A DNA stretch of 64,000 nt, taken from positions 32,034-96,033 of the forward strand of contig CAXBMQ010000004.1 in the NCBI GenBank assembly GCA_963977005.1, given 5' to 3'. The DNA is from an uncultured Rhodospirillaceae bacterium. Lineage in GTDB: Bacteria; Pseudomonadota; Alphaproteobacteria; MPNO01; UBA830. Of the stretch, positions 1-9,545 are shown one piece after another. Every line of letters starts with the position of its first letter. Position 1 is the first letter of the stretch. The notes beneath the pieces are model-generated. The model was not told the DNA's origin and did no database searches. It saw nothing but the letters and a program-made list of their open reading frames with translations. Both the position numbers and the translations under genes were made by a program.

Positions 1-44
1 CGCTTGACGTCGTTCCCGGCAGCATACCGGTGACATGTGTTTCG

Positions 45-1265
45 CTAAGGAAGTTTTTCAGCGTCAGCCCCGGATTGCGGGTTGTCGTTGTCCGGGGGTG
101 CCCCGAGGCTGGCCACGCAATCGCGCAAAACTTTCAGATGGAGCGACCAGCCGTACATGTCGCCGACGCGTGCCCGCCCCCGTTGCGCCAGTGTTGTGCG
201 CAGCGTCGGGTCTTCGTCGAGTTTCATGAGCTGTTCGGCCAGGTCGTCGGAATCGCCCGGGGCGAAATACAACGCCGCATCGCCGCATATTTCCCGATGG
301 ATGGGTACATCCGTCGCGACAACGGGTATGCCGGCGGCCATGCTTTCGACCAGCGGGAAACCGAATGTCTCGGCGAGCGAAGTCGAAACCAGGACATCGT
401 GTCGTTTGAGTTCGGTGTCGATGTCTTCGTGAGGCACGTGATCCAAAGTAACGAAATCGCTGTTTTCGGGCGCCTGCAGTTTTTTCAGGTCACGGGGCCC
501 GGATGACCAATGGATGAAATCCTGATCTTTCATGGTAATGCGCGCCTTCGCATTCATGCCGGATTCCCGTAGCTTGCGGATCCCGCGCACGAGCGTGTGG
601 GGATCCTTGTGCGGATAGTAGACCGAAATATACAGGGCTCTCAGAACGCCGTCTTCGCGCCATGTACGGGTGGATGGGCAATCCCTAAGCTCGTCCTCCG
701 CGCAGAGGTAATTCACCCGCGATTTTTTCGCCAGCGCGGGGTCGTCGCCGATAACGGATTTCATCGCGGTCTCGGACGGAAACAGGACAATATCGGAATA
801 GCGCATGGACCAGCGGACGAGGCGGCGTCGCAGGGCGAAGCCCAGACGTTCCAGACGGCTCAGTTGCGGCAGAACCGCTTCCTGGTAGTACGGATTGAAA
901 CTGATTTCGCCCTGGATCATCAGAATCTGCGGAATCGGAGGGCGGATGAGCCCGTAATTTGCCGAGGAGTAAAGGACGCGCGCACCGCTGTCCCTGACGA
1001 CCCGGCGCCAGTTCAGTTGTTCCCAGACCAGCCTTCTGAGGCTGCCCAGACCTGACAGGTCGACGTTCAGCAGTTTGACGCCGTCACGGTCTTTTTCGTC
1101 GATCCGCTCGAAAAATGCCGGCGGCACGTAAACCTTGCCGGTAAGTCCGGATTTCCGCATGTGGCGTATGAGATTCAGCGTATAGGTGACGATCCCGCCG
1201 TGCTGGGCTGAAATCGCGTTCACGACCAGCTCGCTTTCCACGTGATTTTGGCGCGCCGCTTTCAA
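45..1265 (-). CDS. Glycosyltransferase, GT-B fold (GT4/GT1-type)
   Basis: 406-aa ORF. The C-terminal donor-binding signature STSLAETFGFPLVESMAAGIPVVATD is typical of family-4 retaining glycosyltransferases. Confidence 0.8.
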   Translation of the reverse strand: MKAARQNHVESELVVNAISAQHGGIVTYTLNLIRHMRKSGLTGKVYVPPAFFERIDEKDRDGVKLLNVDLSGLGSLRRLVWEQLNWRRVVRDSGARVLYSSANYGLIRPPIPQILMIQGEISFNPYYQEAVLPQLSRLERLGFALRRRLVRWSMRYSDIVLFPSETAMKSVIGDDPALAKKSRVNYLCAEDELRDCPSTRTWREDGVLRALYISVYYPHKDPHTLVRGIRKLRESGMNAKARITMKDQDFIHWSSGPRDLKKLQAPENSDFVTLDHVPHEDIDTELKRHDVLVSTSLAETFGFPLVESMAAGIPVVATDVPIHREICGDAALYFAPGDSDDLAEQLMKLDEDPTLRTTLAQRGRARVGDMYGWSLHLKVLRDCVASLGAPPDNDNPQSGADAEKLP

Positions 1266-1400
1266 AAACTTGGTACTCCCCCGGCGTTCAGGCCCGATTT
1301 ATTCGCCTTCATTCCGGCGGACGCAAAGATGTTTCGTCGATCCCCAATCACGGTAAGATCGGCACCTATAAATACCCAACAAAGCAACCGGTACCAATCA

Positions 1401-2465
1401 ATGTTTTCCGGCCTTCGCATATTATTTGTCGCCGATCTGAACGTGTATTCCAAGGGCCTTGGCCGGGCGCGGGCGCTCCGTGATCTGGGCGTTCGGACAA
1501 CCGAATTATCTCACACGGCCAGCGGCGGGGCCGATGCCGGATTCGTCTCGATCTCAATGCTCGATCGCATCCTTTGGAAGCTCGGCATACAGCAGGATGG
1601 AACCGGTATAAACCGCAGGCTGACTGAGGCAGCCAACGACGTGGTACCCCACATCATCTGGATAGAAAAGGGAAACATGATCAGGGCGTCTACATTGTCG
1701 GCGTTGCGCGGCATCGTCCCGGATGCTGCGATCGTCTCGTATTCGGAAGACGACATGTTTCTCGCGCATAACCGGACGCGGACATACAGGAAAAGCCTGC
1801 CCTATTACGACTGCGTGTTCACGACAAAGGCACCGAATGTCGATCCGGCGGAGCTGCCAGCACTGGGCGCCCGGCGTGTCATCGCCGTCGACAAGGCGTT
1901 CGATCCACATTTGCATTACCCGGTCGCGGTGTCGGACTCCGACGTCGCGCGCTACGGGGCCGATGTCGGTTTCGTGGGAAGTTACGAGGAAGCCCGCGCG
2001 CGCAGCCTGGCCCATCTGGCTGCGAACGGGATAACGGTGCGGGTCTGGGGCAATGGCTGGGAAGCGCTTCGCGACCGTCCGCCGGGTCTGAATATCGAAG
2101 GCCGGGCGGTCGTCAATGCCGGGGATGATCTCGCCTATACCAAAACCCTGTGTGCGACGAGAATCAACCTGGGCTTTCTGCGCAAGCTGAACCGGGACAC
2201 CCAGACGGACAGGAGCGTCGAAATACCGGCATGCGGCGCGTTCATGCTTGCGGAACGATCGGACGATCACCTGCGTCTGTTCGCCGACGGAAAAGAGGCG
2301 GCGTTCTTCGGTTCCGACGGGGAACTGCTTGAAAAGACCCGTTACTACCTTGCCCACGAGCAGGAACGGGCCGCGATCGCCCGCGCCGGCCGGCAAAGAT
2401 GCCTCGATGCAGGCTACAGCGAGACGGAACGGATGCGGCTCATGATCGGTCACTGTCGCGCCTGA
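1401..2465 (+). CDS. Glycosyltransferase-like protein (CgeB/DUF3880-type)
   Basis: ORF 1242..2465. I prefer the internal ATG at 1401 (MFSGLRILFVADLN...) because the upstream part overlaps the divergent GT gene. The C-terminal EIPACGAFMLAERSDDHLRLF...ELLEKTRYYLAHEQERAAIARAGRQR resembles the CgeB-family GT1 domain. Confidence 0.55.
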   Translation: MFSGLRILFVADLNVYSKGLGRARALRDLGVRTTELSHTASGGADAGFVSISMLDRILWKLGIQQDGTGINRRLTEAANDVVPHIIWIEKGNMIRASTLSALRGIVPDAAIVSYSEDDMFLAHNRTRTYRKSLPYYDCVFTTKAPNVDPAELPALGARRVIAVDKAFDPHLHYPVAVSDSDVARYGADVGFVGSYEEARARSLAHLAANGITVRVWGNGWEALRDRPPGLNIEGRAVVNAGDDLAYTKTLCATRINLGFLRKLNRDTQTDRSVEIPACGAFMLAERSDDHLRLFADGKEAAFFGSDGELLEKTRYYLAHEQERAAIARAGRQRCLDAGYSETERMRLMIGHCRA

Positions 2466-2517
2466 CATCCCTGCTGCGGCTTGCTCGCGGAATGCAACGG
2501 TCATATAGACTGACCGG

Positions 2518-3537
2518 ATGTATCGACATGTACTTGATATCCTTGCTTGTCCGGATTGCGGCGATGAGCAGGCACTTGAACTGGAGGTTACCGAAGAATC
2601 CGGTGGCGACGTGATTGCCGGTTCGCTGACGTGTCCCGGATGCGGCAAACATTTCCCCGTGACCGGCGGCATCCCCCGGTTCGCCGGAACCGAGTCGCAG
2701 GATTTCGAGAACTTCGATTTCCAGTGGAACAAGTGGTCGGCGATCCAGATCGACCGCCTTTCCGGCCACACGTTGTCCGAAGACAGGTTTCTCGCCGACT
2801 CGCGCTGGGACCCGGAATGGCTGCGCGGCCGCTGGATTCTCGATGCCGGCTGCGGGGCCGGCCGGTTTGCCGACGTGGCGGCAAAGTTCGGCGCGAACGT
2901 CGTCGCCTGCGACCTCAGCGGCGCGATAGAGGCGTGTTACCGGACCACCAAAACCCATGAGGGGCGCGTCACCTGCGTCCAGGCGTCAATCTATGAGCTG
3001 CCGCTCCGAAAGGCCGCCTTCGACGCGGTGTATTGCTTCGGCGTGATACAACACACGCCGGACCCCGCGCGGACGATTGCGACGCTGCCGGCCTTTTTGA
3101 AGCCGGGCGGCTCTCTGGCGCTGAATTTTTACGAAAAAGACTGGCGCAGCCGCGTGCAGCTGGTCAAATACGCGTTGCGCGCGGTCACGCGCACCCTGTC
3201 ATTGCGCCGCAATCTTGCGATATCGCAGGCGCTGGTCACGGTTTTCTTCCCCGTCACGGCGTTTCTGTCGCGTATTCGCGTGGTCCGGCAGATCAATCAC
3301 TTTCTGCCGATCGCCGCATACCACCCGCGGACCCTGACACGCGAACAGCAAAGAACCTGGACGCTGCTGGATACCTTCGACTGGTACGGCCCGAAATACG
3401 AAATCCGGCAGAACCACCGGGATGTTGCCGCGTTGCTCAAAAACGCCGGCCTGACCGGCGTAGAATCCCGGCCCGGACTCGTATGGGCACGAAAGAGCGG
3501 CGGTTCGCCGCCAAAACCGGACCCCGCGCCTGCCTGA
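2518..3537 (+). CDS. Class I SAM-dependent methyltransferase with N-terminal Trm112-like zinc ribbon
   Basis: CPDCG...CPGCG...GIPRF zinc-ribbon/Trm112-like start, followed by SAM motif I ILDAGCGAGRF and motif post-I VVACDLS. Confidence 0.75.
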   Translation: MYRHVLDILACPDCGDEQALELEVTEESGGDVIAGSLTCPGCGKHFPVTGGIPRFAGTESQDFENFDFQWNKWSAIQIDRLSGHTLSEDRFLADSRWDPEWLRGRWILDAGCGAGRFADVAAKFGANVVACDLSGAIEACYRTTKTHEGRVTCVQASIYELPLRKAAFDAVYCFGVIQHTPDPARTIATLPAFLKPGGSLALNFYEKDWRSRVQLVKYALRAVTRTLSLRRNLAISQALVTVFFPVTAFLSRIRVVRQINHFLPIAAYHPRTLTREQQRTWTLLDTFDWYGPKYEIRQNHRDVAALLKNAGLTGVESRPGLVWARKSGGSPPKPDPAPA

Positions 3538-3601
3538 TCTGTCTTTCCAACGGATTCGACCTATCTCTGTCGTGTCCGGTAGGAACACAAGGAGAGAAAT
3601 C

Positions 3602-3973
3602 ATGCGGCGATCGGTTTGGAGTATTCTGGTAGTGGGTGCGCTTATGGCGGGGTCCGCCGGCGCGGCACTGGCCCACCATGGCTGGCGCTGGACCACCGGC
3701 GGCAATATCGAGCTGACCGGCATCATTACGGCCGCGCAGCTCGGCAATCCTCATGGCGTGCTGACCGTCGATGCCGAAGGGCAGGTCTGGCGGGTCGAAG
3801 TCGGCCAACCCTGGCGCAACGCGCGCGCGGGGCTGAAAGACGGCGATTTGAAAAAGGGTGTCGAGGTCCGAATCATCGGCGAGCCCTCCGCCGACATAAA
3901 GGACAAGCGGGTCAAGGCGGAACGCCTTTTCCTCGGTAAAAAGGAATACAAGCTCTATCCTGAACGCGACTGA
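3602..3973 (+). CDS. Small secreted protein (DUF6152-like OB-fold, tentative)
   Basis: ORF 3572..3973. The ATG at 3602 is preceded by AAGGAGAGA. Signal peptide MRRSVWSILVVGALMAGSAGAALA, then AHHGW...GNPHGVLTV...W.VE pattern. Confidence 0.5.
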   Translation: MRRSVWSILVVGALMAGSAGAALAHHGWRWTTGGNIELTGIITAAQLGNPHGVLTVDAEGQVWRVEVGQPWRNARAGLKDGDLKKGVEVRIIGEPSADIKDKRVKAERLFLGKKEYKLYPERD

Positions 3974-3975
3974 CG

Positions 3976-4446
3976 GTGACGGCTTTCTGGACGGCGATTC
4001 AGACCTCCGATCTTGCCGTCTGGATCAACTTTTCACGCTGGGTCTACGCAGCGATAGCGACCGGACACGTGTTGAGCATTGCCGTGCTGATCGGCAGCAT
4101 TCTGATCCTTGATCTGCGGCTGATCGGTTTTGCGCGGTGGCTCGATCCGGAAAATCTTGCGCGGCTGGTCGTACCGGTTGCCAGCACGGCGCTGGGCTGC
4201 GCTGTGGTCAGCGGCGGGCTAATGTTTGTCGGCCGTGCCGCCGAATATGCCGCCTTCGGCGCGTTCCAGGTCAAGATTGCCCTGATTGCCTGTGCGGTTG
4301 CCCTGACCCTGGCGGTCCATCGGCGCTATGGTGCGCGGCTTGAACGGGCGGATGACCATCGACGCCGTTGGATCGGGGCGGCATCTATATCGCTGTGGCT
4401 ATGCGTCGCCGTCGCCGGCCGCCTGATCGCGTTCGTCCACGGCTGA
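3976..4446 (+). CDS. Integral membrane protein, unknown function
   Basis: 156-aa ORF starting 2 nt after the previous stop, which suggests coupling. It has four hydrophobic stretches and GC3-rich codons. Confidence 0.5.
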   Translation: MTAFWTAIQTSDLAVWINFSRWVYAAIATGHVLSIAVLIGSILILDLRLIGFARWLDPENLARLVVPVASTALGCAVVSGGLMFVGRAAEYAAFGAFQVKIALIACAVALTLAVHRRYGARLERADDHRRRWIGAASISLWLCVAVAGRLIAFVHG

Positions 4447-4523
4447 TCGGGTCTTGCTGTCCTCAGCGGTTCGCCTTGCATATAAGGGAGGGACGGAACA
4501 GCATTTAGAACGGGGCGCATGCA

Positions 4524-5024
4524 ATGGCAGACAGTAAAACCAACACGATCAACGTGACCTACGAGGTGCGCGGCACGTCGGTCGGCAAGATGCGGAACGA
4601 AATCATCGGCCGGCAGGTGGAGCCGTCGGTCGAGGCGGAATTTCACATGGCGACCGACGAGGCCGGATTTCACGGCGGCGAAGGCACGGCGCCGTTGCCG
4701 CTTGCCTATTTCTGCACCGGCCTTGTCGCTTGTCTGATGACGCAGATACGGGCCTTCGCCAAACGTATGCGCATCGACCTGAAAGGCGTCGATGTGACGG
4801 CGACAATCAAATGGAAGGCCGTCAGCGAGGGGCGCGATCCGTATGAATCCGCGCCGGTCGCTTTTGAGCTCGACATAGACATGGATTCCGATGCGTCGAT
4901 GGACGACCGCACCCGCCTGCTCGAGGCGGCAAAGAAGGGCTGTTTCATCGAAGCGACGCTGGCCAACCCCATTCCGGTCAAACACCGGCTCAAAGAGGAC
5001 GGGGAATTCGTCGCGATCGACTGA
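4524..5024 (+). CDS. OsmC/Ohr-family protein
   Basis: 166 aa with two conserved-context cysteines (LVACLMTQ and KKGCFIEATL) spaced as in OsmC-like peroxiredoxins. Confidence 0.6.
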   Translation: MADSKTNTINVTYEVRGTSVGKMRNEIIGRQVEPSVEAEFHMATDEAGFHGGEGTAPLPLAYFCTGLVACLMTQIRAFAKRMRIDLKGVDVTATIKWKAVSEGRDPYESAPVAFELDIDMDSDASMDDRTRLLEAAKKGCFIEATLANPIPVKHRLKEDGEFVAID

Positions 5025-5053
5025 GTTTCTCCCCGCGGTGCCCGCAGAAGGTC

Positions 5054-5593
5054 TTAGTCCTTCGGTACTTCCTTCAGGTGGGCGTCGCGGCGCTGATAGA
5101 GTTCATCATCGGCATAGCCCATGGTTTCCGGGCGGCCCTTGCCGAGCATGACCTGAAACCACACCGGCTCCAGGCTGTGATTGTCATAGCCGTGGATAAC
5201 GCCGGGCGGGCAGGTGATGCAGTCCCACGGACCGAGCCGCGTGGTAACGCGCTCGCCGCTTTCGTCTTCGACAAACGCGTCGAGATGGCCTTTCAGCACG
5301 AAGAACGTTTCCTCGACCTCATGGGTGTGCGGTGCGTTTCCCTGTCCCGGCTCGACATACATGATGCTAAGCGTATGGGCCCGCGCCGGGATGACGGTGG
5401 CGTCGTCATGCTTGCCCGACCCGCCGGCGCCGATAAAGCGGTGCTGGGCGCGCTTGTATCCTTCGATTTTCGCATCCTCGAAAGCTTCCCAATCGGCACG
5501 GCGCTCCGAAAAACGGGCGACGTATTGATCGACGATGTCTGCGGCGGAGACCCCTTCAAGTTCCGGCGGTCTCGGATGTCTGGCGACGCTCAT
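5054..5593 (-). CDS. Cupin-domain protein
   Basis: Cupin motif 1 G.GNAPHTHEVEETFFVLKG and motif 2 GPWDCITCPPGVIHGYDN. Confidence 0.7.
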   Translation of the reverse strand: MSVARHPRPPELEGVSAADIVDQYVARFSERRADWEAFEDAKIEGYKRAQHRFIGAGGSGKHDDATVIPARAHTLSIMYVEPGQGNAPHTHEVEETFFVLKGHLDAFVEDESGERVTTRLGPWDCITCPPGVIHGYDNHSLEPVWFQVMLGKGRPETMGYADDELYQRRDAHLKEVPKD

Positions 5594-5688
5594 TTTCGCA
5601 TACTCCTATGGGCTGGCGGTCGATTGACGCTCTGCGGATTAAATGTGAGCATCAAGTGTAAGGCCGATGCGAGAGGGGGACAACGGGC

Positions 5689-6561
5689 ATGAAACCGGCG
5701 CGATTTGATCACCTGCTGCCAGACAATCTGACGGATGCTCTGGCGATGCTGGCCGAGCATGCGCCGGACGCGCGGCCGCTGGCAGGCGGTCAGAGCCTGG
5801 TGCCGATGATGAACTTCCGCCTCGCGCGACCGACGGTTCTGGTCGACCTGAACAGAATTGCCGATCTGGCCTATATCCGGGATGCCGGAGATTACCTTGC
5901 CATCGGCGCTATGACGCGCGAACGGACCATCGAAAACAGCAATCTCGTGCGTGCCGCGACGCCGTTGCTGCATGATGCGACCCTGCATATCGGCCACCTG
6001 CCGATCCGCAGCCGGGGCACCATCGGCGGCAGTCTCTCCAACGCCGACCCGGCGGCGGAATATCCCGCCACCATCCTCGCACTGGACGCGACGCTCGTCG
6101 CCCAATCCGTCCGCGGCGAACGAATCATTCCGGCCGCGGCGTTCTTTGACGGCGTGATGACGACCACGCTGGAACCCGACGAAATTCTCACCGAAATCCG
6201 CGCGCCCAAGGCGCCGCCCGGCAGCGGTGCCGCCGTGGTCGAAATATCGCGCCGACACGGCGATTTCGCACTGGCCGGTGTCGCCGCCCAGATCGCGCTG
6301 GACGGCGATGACGTTACCGATATCCGCCTTGCCGCCTGCGGCGTCGGACCGGGCCCGATCCGGCTGACCGGGGCCGAAACCATCCTGCGCGACGGTGGCC
6401 TGTCGGACGACGCTCTGGCGGCAGCGGGACAGGCAGCTGCGGCGGCAGCCGATCCCGACGGCGATGTCCACGCGACGGCCGCCTACCGGCGCAAGCTGGC
6501 GGGTGTCATGACCCGGCGGGCAATCGAAAAAGCCGCTGGCCGCGCAAGGAAGGCGCCATGA
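5689..6561 (+). CDS. Xanthine dehydrogenase-family FAD-binding subunit (CoxM-like)
   Basis: LAGGQSLVPMMNFRLARP and IRSRGTIGGSL motifs of the medium FAD subunit. The stop overlaps the next start (ATGA). Confidence 0.85.
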   Translation: MKPARFDHLLPDNLTDALAMLAEHAPDARPLAGGQSLVPMMNFRLARPTVLVDLNRIADLAYIRDAGDYLAIGAMTRERTIENSNLVRAATPLLHDATLHIGHLPIRSRGTIGGSLSNADPAAEYPATILALDATLVAQSVRGERIIPAAAFFDGVMTTTLEPDEILTEIRAPKAPPGSGAAVVEISRRHGDFALAGVAAQIALDGDDVTDIRLAACGVGPGPIRLTGAETILRDGGLSDDALAAAGQAAAAAADPDGDVHATAAYRRKLAGVMTRRAIEKAAGRARKAP

Positions 6562-7079
6562 TAAATACCCGAACCGTCACCATTACCGTGAACGGCGAGC
6601 GCCTGACCGGCGAGGCCGAGCCGCGGATGCTGCTGGCGGATTTCCTGCGCGACGAGCTGCGCCGGACCGGCACCCATGTCGGCTGCGAACACGGTGTCTG
6701 CGGCGCGTGCACCGTGATCGTCGACGGCGATGCGGCGCGGTCGTGCCTGATGTTCGCCGTCCAGGCAGACGGGGCCGAAATTCAAACGATCGAAGGGCTG
6801 GCGACCGACGGCGAAATGCATCCGCTGCAGAAACTGTTTTCCGAACATCATGCGCTGCAATGCGGGTTCTGTACGCCGGGCATGCTGATGACGGCGATCG
6901 ATCTGGTCCATAACAGCAACGATCATTCGCCCGACGCGATCCGCACCGGGATGTCGGCGGCGCTGTGCCGCTGTACCGGGTACGAAGGCATCATCAACGC
7001 GGTGACCGACTATGCGCGCCAGGTTCATGGCGATGCAGCGGTCACGGCGCGGGATGGCGGGGAGCCTTCCGATGGATGA
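6558..7079 (+). CDS. (2Fe-2S)-binding small subunit of Mo-hydroxylase (CoxS-like)
   Basis: Two cluster motifs: CEHGVCGACTV and CGFCTPGM...CRCTGY. Confidence 0.9.
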   Translation: MINTRTVTITVNGERLTGEAEPRMLLADFLRDELRRTGTHVGCEHGVCGACTVIVDGDAARSCLMFAVQADGAEIQTIEGLATDGEMHPLQKLFSEHHALQCGFCTPGMLMTAIDLVHNSNDHSPDAIRTGMSAALCRCTGYEGIINAVTDYARQVHGDAAVTARDGGEPSDG

Positions 7080-9444
7080 CAGCGTGCGCCGGCAGACCGG
7101 CGGGTATATCGGCCAGTCCGTGCCGCGGCGCGAAGACAGGAACCTGCTACTCGGTCAGGCCAATTTCGTTGCTGATATGCAGCTGCCCGGCATGGTACAC
7201 GCTGCCTTTGCGCGCAGCCCGTTGCCGCACGCGAAAATCCTGTCGGTTGACGTGACCGCGGCGCGGGCGATGGAAGGTGTGTGCTTCGCCGCGTCGGGCG
7301 ACGATGTTATGGCGGCGTTGCCCCCGATCAACGGCATGCAGGTCGTCACGCCGCAGGGCTGGCGCGACCGGGTCGATACCGACATCCTTATTCCCGATCA
7401 GCCGCTGATCCCGAACGACAAGCTGCGCTATGTCGGCGAGGCATTCGCGCTGGTCGTCGCCGATAGCCGCTATATCGCCGAAGACGCGCTGGAGCTGATC
7501 GAACCCGATCTCGAACCGCTCTCGCCGCTACCCGATGCCGAAACGGCGCTGGCAGACGGCGCACCGCTGGTCCACGACCATCTCGGGCGCAACGTGGCGG
7601 CCTTCCTGCACACCAAGAAGGGCGCCGGCGCCGACGGGCTCAATGCCGCCCCGCACCGGCTCAAACGCCGTTTCGTCCATCATCGCTACGCCGCGATGCC
7701 GATGGAATGCCGGGGCGTGGTCGCCGATTACGACACCCGCACCGATACGCTGACAGTCTGGTCGTCGACCCAGGTCGTCCATTGGGTCCGGCGCGAGGTC
7801 GCCACCGCGCTCGGCATGCCCGAAGAGCGCGTGCGCTGCATCGCGCCCGATGTCGGCGGCGGTTTCGGCGGCAAGGGGCATGTCTACCCGGAAGACATTC
7901 TCGTCGCCTGGCTGGCTCGCGAACTGGGCCGCCCGGTCAAGTGGGTCGAGGACCGCCACGAACACATCCTCAACGCGGCGCATTCGCGCGACAATATTTA
8001 CGACGTCGAGATCGGTTTCGACGACGATGGCAAAATCCTCGCCCTGACCAGCTCGTTCCTGGTCGATTCCGGCGCCTATACGCCGGTCGGCGCGGGCATC
8101 GCCGGCAATTCGATCGCCCACATGCTGGGCCCGTACCATATTGAAAACTACGAAACCGATTGCCGGGTCGTGCTGACCAACCGCACGCCGAACGCGCCCT
8201 ATCGCGGCGCCGGACGGCCCGAGGTCGGCTTTGCCATGGAACGATCAGTCGATCTGGTCGCCAATCACCTCGGGCTCGATCCGGCGGAGGTGCGTTTCCG
8301 CAACATGATCCCGCCGGAAGACATGCCCTACGAGGTCGGCCTGACCTATCGCGACGGCGTACCGATGGTCTATGACAGCGGCGATTACCCGAAAGCCCTT
8401 CACCGGGCCATCGACGAACTCGGCGGGCTGGCAGAAATCCGCCGCCGCCAGAAAGACGCGCTGGCCGAGGGACGTTATCTTGGCCTCGGGCTGGGCTGCT
8501 ATGTCGAAGGCACCGGGGTCGGGCCGTTCGAGGGGGCGACGGTCAAGATCGATCCGACCGGCAAGATCATGGTCGCGGCCGGCGCCTGTCCGCAGGGCCA
8601 GGGGCACGAGACCATCTTTGCGCAGTTCGCCGCCGACATGTGGCAGGTGCCGATCGACGACGTGTATGTCACGGTCGCCGATACCGGCCATGTCAGCCAG
8701 GGCTACGGCACCATTGCCAGCCGGTCGACGGTGACCGCGTCGGGGGCGATCAAGCTTGCGACCGACGAGGTCCACGAGAAGGTATTCGCTATTGCGGCCA
8801 ACATGCTGGAGACGGCGGAGAGCGATCTGGAACTGCGCGACGCCGGAGTCGGGGTGAAGGGCGTGCCCGACATGCATGTCAGCTACCGCGATATCGCGGC
8901 GGCGGCAAAACCGGGCTGGGGACACCAGCGGCCCGAAGGCGTTGTCGCCGGGCTGGAATCCACGTCCTATTACGAACCGCCGACGGTAACGTGGTCCTAT
9001 GCGGCCAACGCGACGCTGGTGGAGGTCGACACCGAGACCGGCCAGATCGCCATCGAAAAATATGTCGAGGTGCATGACGCCGGCGTACTGGTGAACCCCA
9101 GGCTTGCCGACGGCCAGGTCAAGGGCGGGCTGGTGCAGGGGCTCGGCGGCGCGCTGCTGGAGGAACTGGCCTATGACGATCAGGGCCAGCTCCTGACCGG
9201 CAGCTTCGCGGATTATCTGATTCCGACCGCGTCCGATGTGCCGCCACTGGCCGTGCTGCATCAGGAGACGCCATCGCCGCTCAACGCCTTTGGTGTAAAG
9301 GGGCTCGGCGAAGGCGGCGCCATCGCACCGCCGGTGGTGATCGCCAATGCGGTGTGCGATGCGCTGCGCCCGTTCGGCGCCGAACTGAATGCGACCCCGG
9401 TGCGCTGGGCGGATATCGCGGCTTTTTTCGACGGGAATCCCTGA
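7072..9444 (+). CDS. Molybdopterin-binding large subunit of xanthine dehydrogenase-family hydroxylase (form-II CoxL-like, not bona fide CODH)
   Basis: ORF 7012..9444. The ATG at 7072 overlaps the coxS-like stop. N-terminus GQSVPRREDRNLLLGQANFVAD. The active-site loop NAPYRGAGRPE (nt ~8191-8220) replaces the form-I VAYRCSFR. Confidence 0.85.
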   Translation: MDDSVRRQTGGYIGQSVPRREDRNLLLGQANFVADMQLPGMVHAAFARSPLPHAKILSVDVTAARAMEGVCFAASGDDVMAALPPINGMQVVTPQGWRDRVDTDILIPDQPLIPNDKLRYVGEAFALVVADSRYIAEDALELIEPDLEPLSPLPDAETALADGAPLVHDHLGRNVAAFLHTKKGAGADGLNAAPHRLKRRFVHHRYAAMPMECRGVVADYDTRTDTLTVWSSTQVVHWVRREVATALGMPEERVRCIAPDVGGGFGGKGHVYPEDILVAWLARELGRPVKWVEDRHEHILNAAHSRDNIYDVEIGFDDDGKILALTSSFLVDSGAYTPVGAGIAGNSIAHMLGPYHIENYETDCRVVLTNRTPNAPYRGAGRPEVGFAMERSVDLVANHLGLDPAEVRFRNMIPPEDMPYEVGLTYRDGVPMVYDSGDYPKALHRAIDELGGLAEIRRRQKDALAEGRYLGLGLGCYVEGTGVGPFEGATVKIDPTGKIMVAAGACPQGQGHETIFAQFAADMWQVPIDDVYVTVADTGHVSQGYGTIASRSTVTASGAIKLATDEVHEKVFAIAANMLETAESDLELRDAGVGVKGVPDMHVSYRDIAAAAKPGWGHQRPEGVVAGLESTSYYEPPTVTWSYAANATLVEVDTETGQIAIEKYVEVHDAGVLVNPRLADGQVKGGLVQGLGGALLEELAYDDQGQLLTGSFADYLIPTASDVPPLAVLHQETPSPLNAFGVKGLGEGGAIAPPVVIANAVCDALRPFGAELNATPVRWADIAAFFDGNP

Positions 9445-9545
9445 ACTTTGGTCTAAGCATCTCTAATCATTAGTCTTGTTTCCACGCGCCAAACACAATA
9501 GTTGTGTGGCTCGTCATATGGACAGCGTAAGACAGTATTGGGGCT

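Noticed and set aside
5689-9444. Calling the M-S-L Mo-hydroxylase an aerobic CO dehydrogenase (coxMSL)
   Set aside because: The large subunit has the AYRGAGR-type loop rather than the form-I CODH signature VAYRCSFR. No coxDEF-type accessory genes are adjacent. It is kept as a generic xanthine-dehydrogenase-family hydroxylase.
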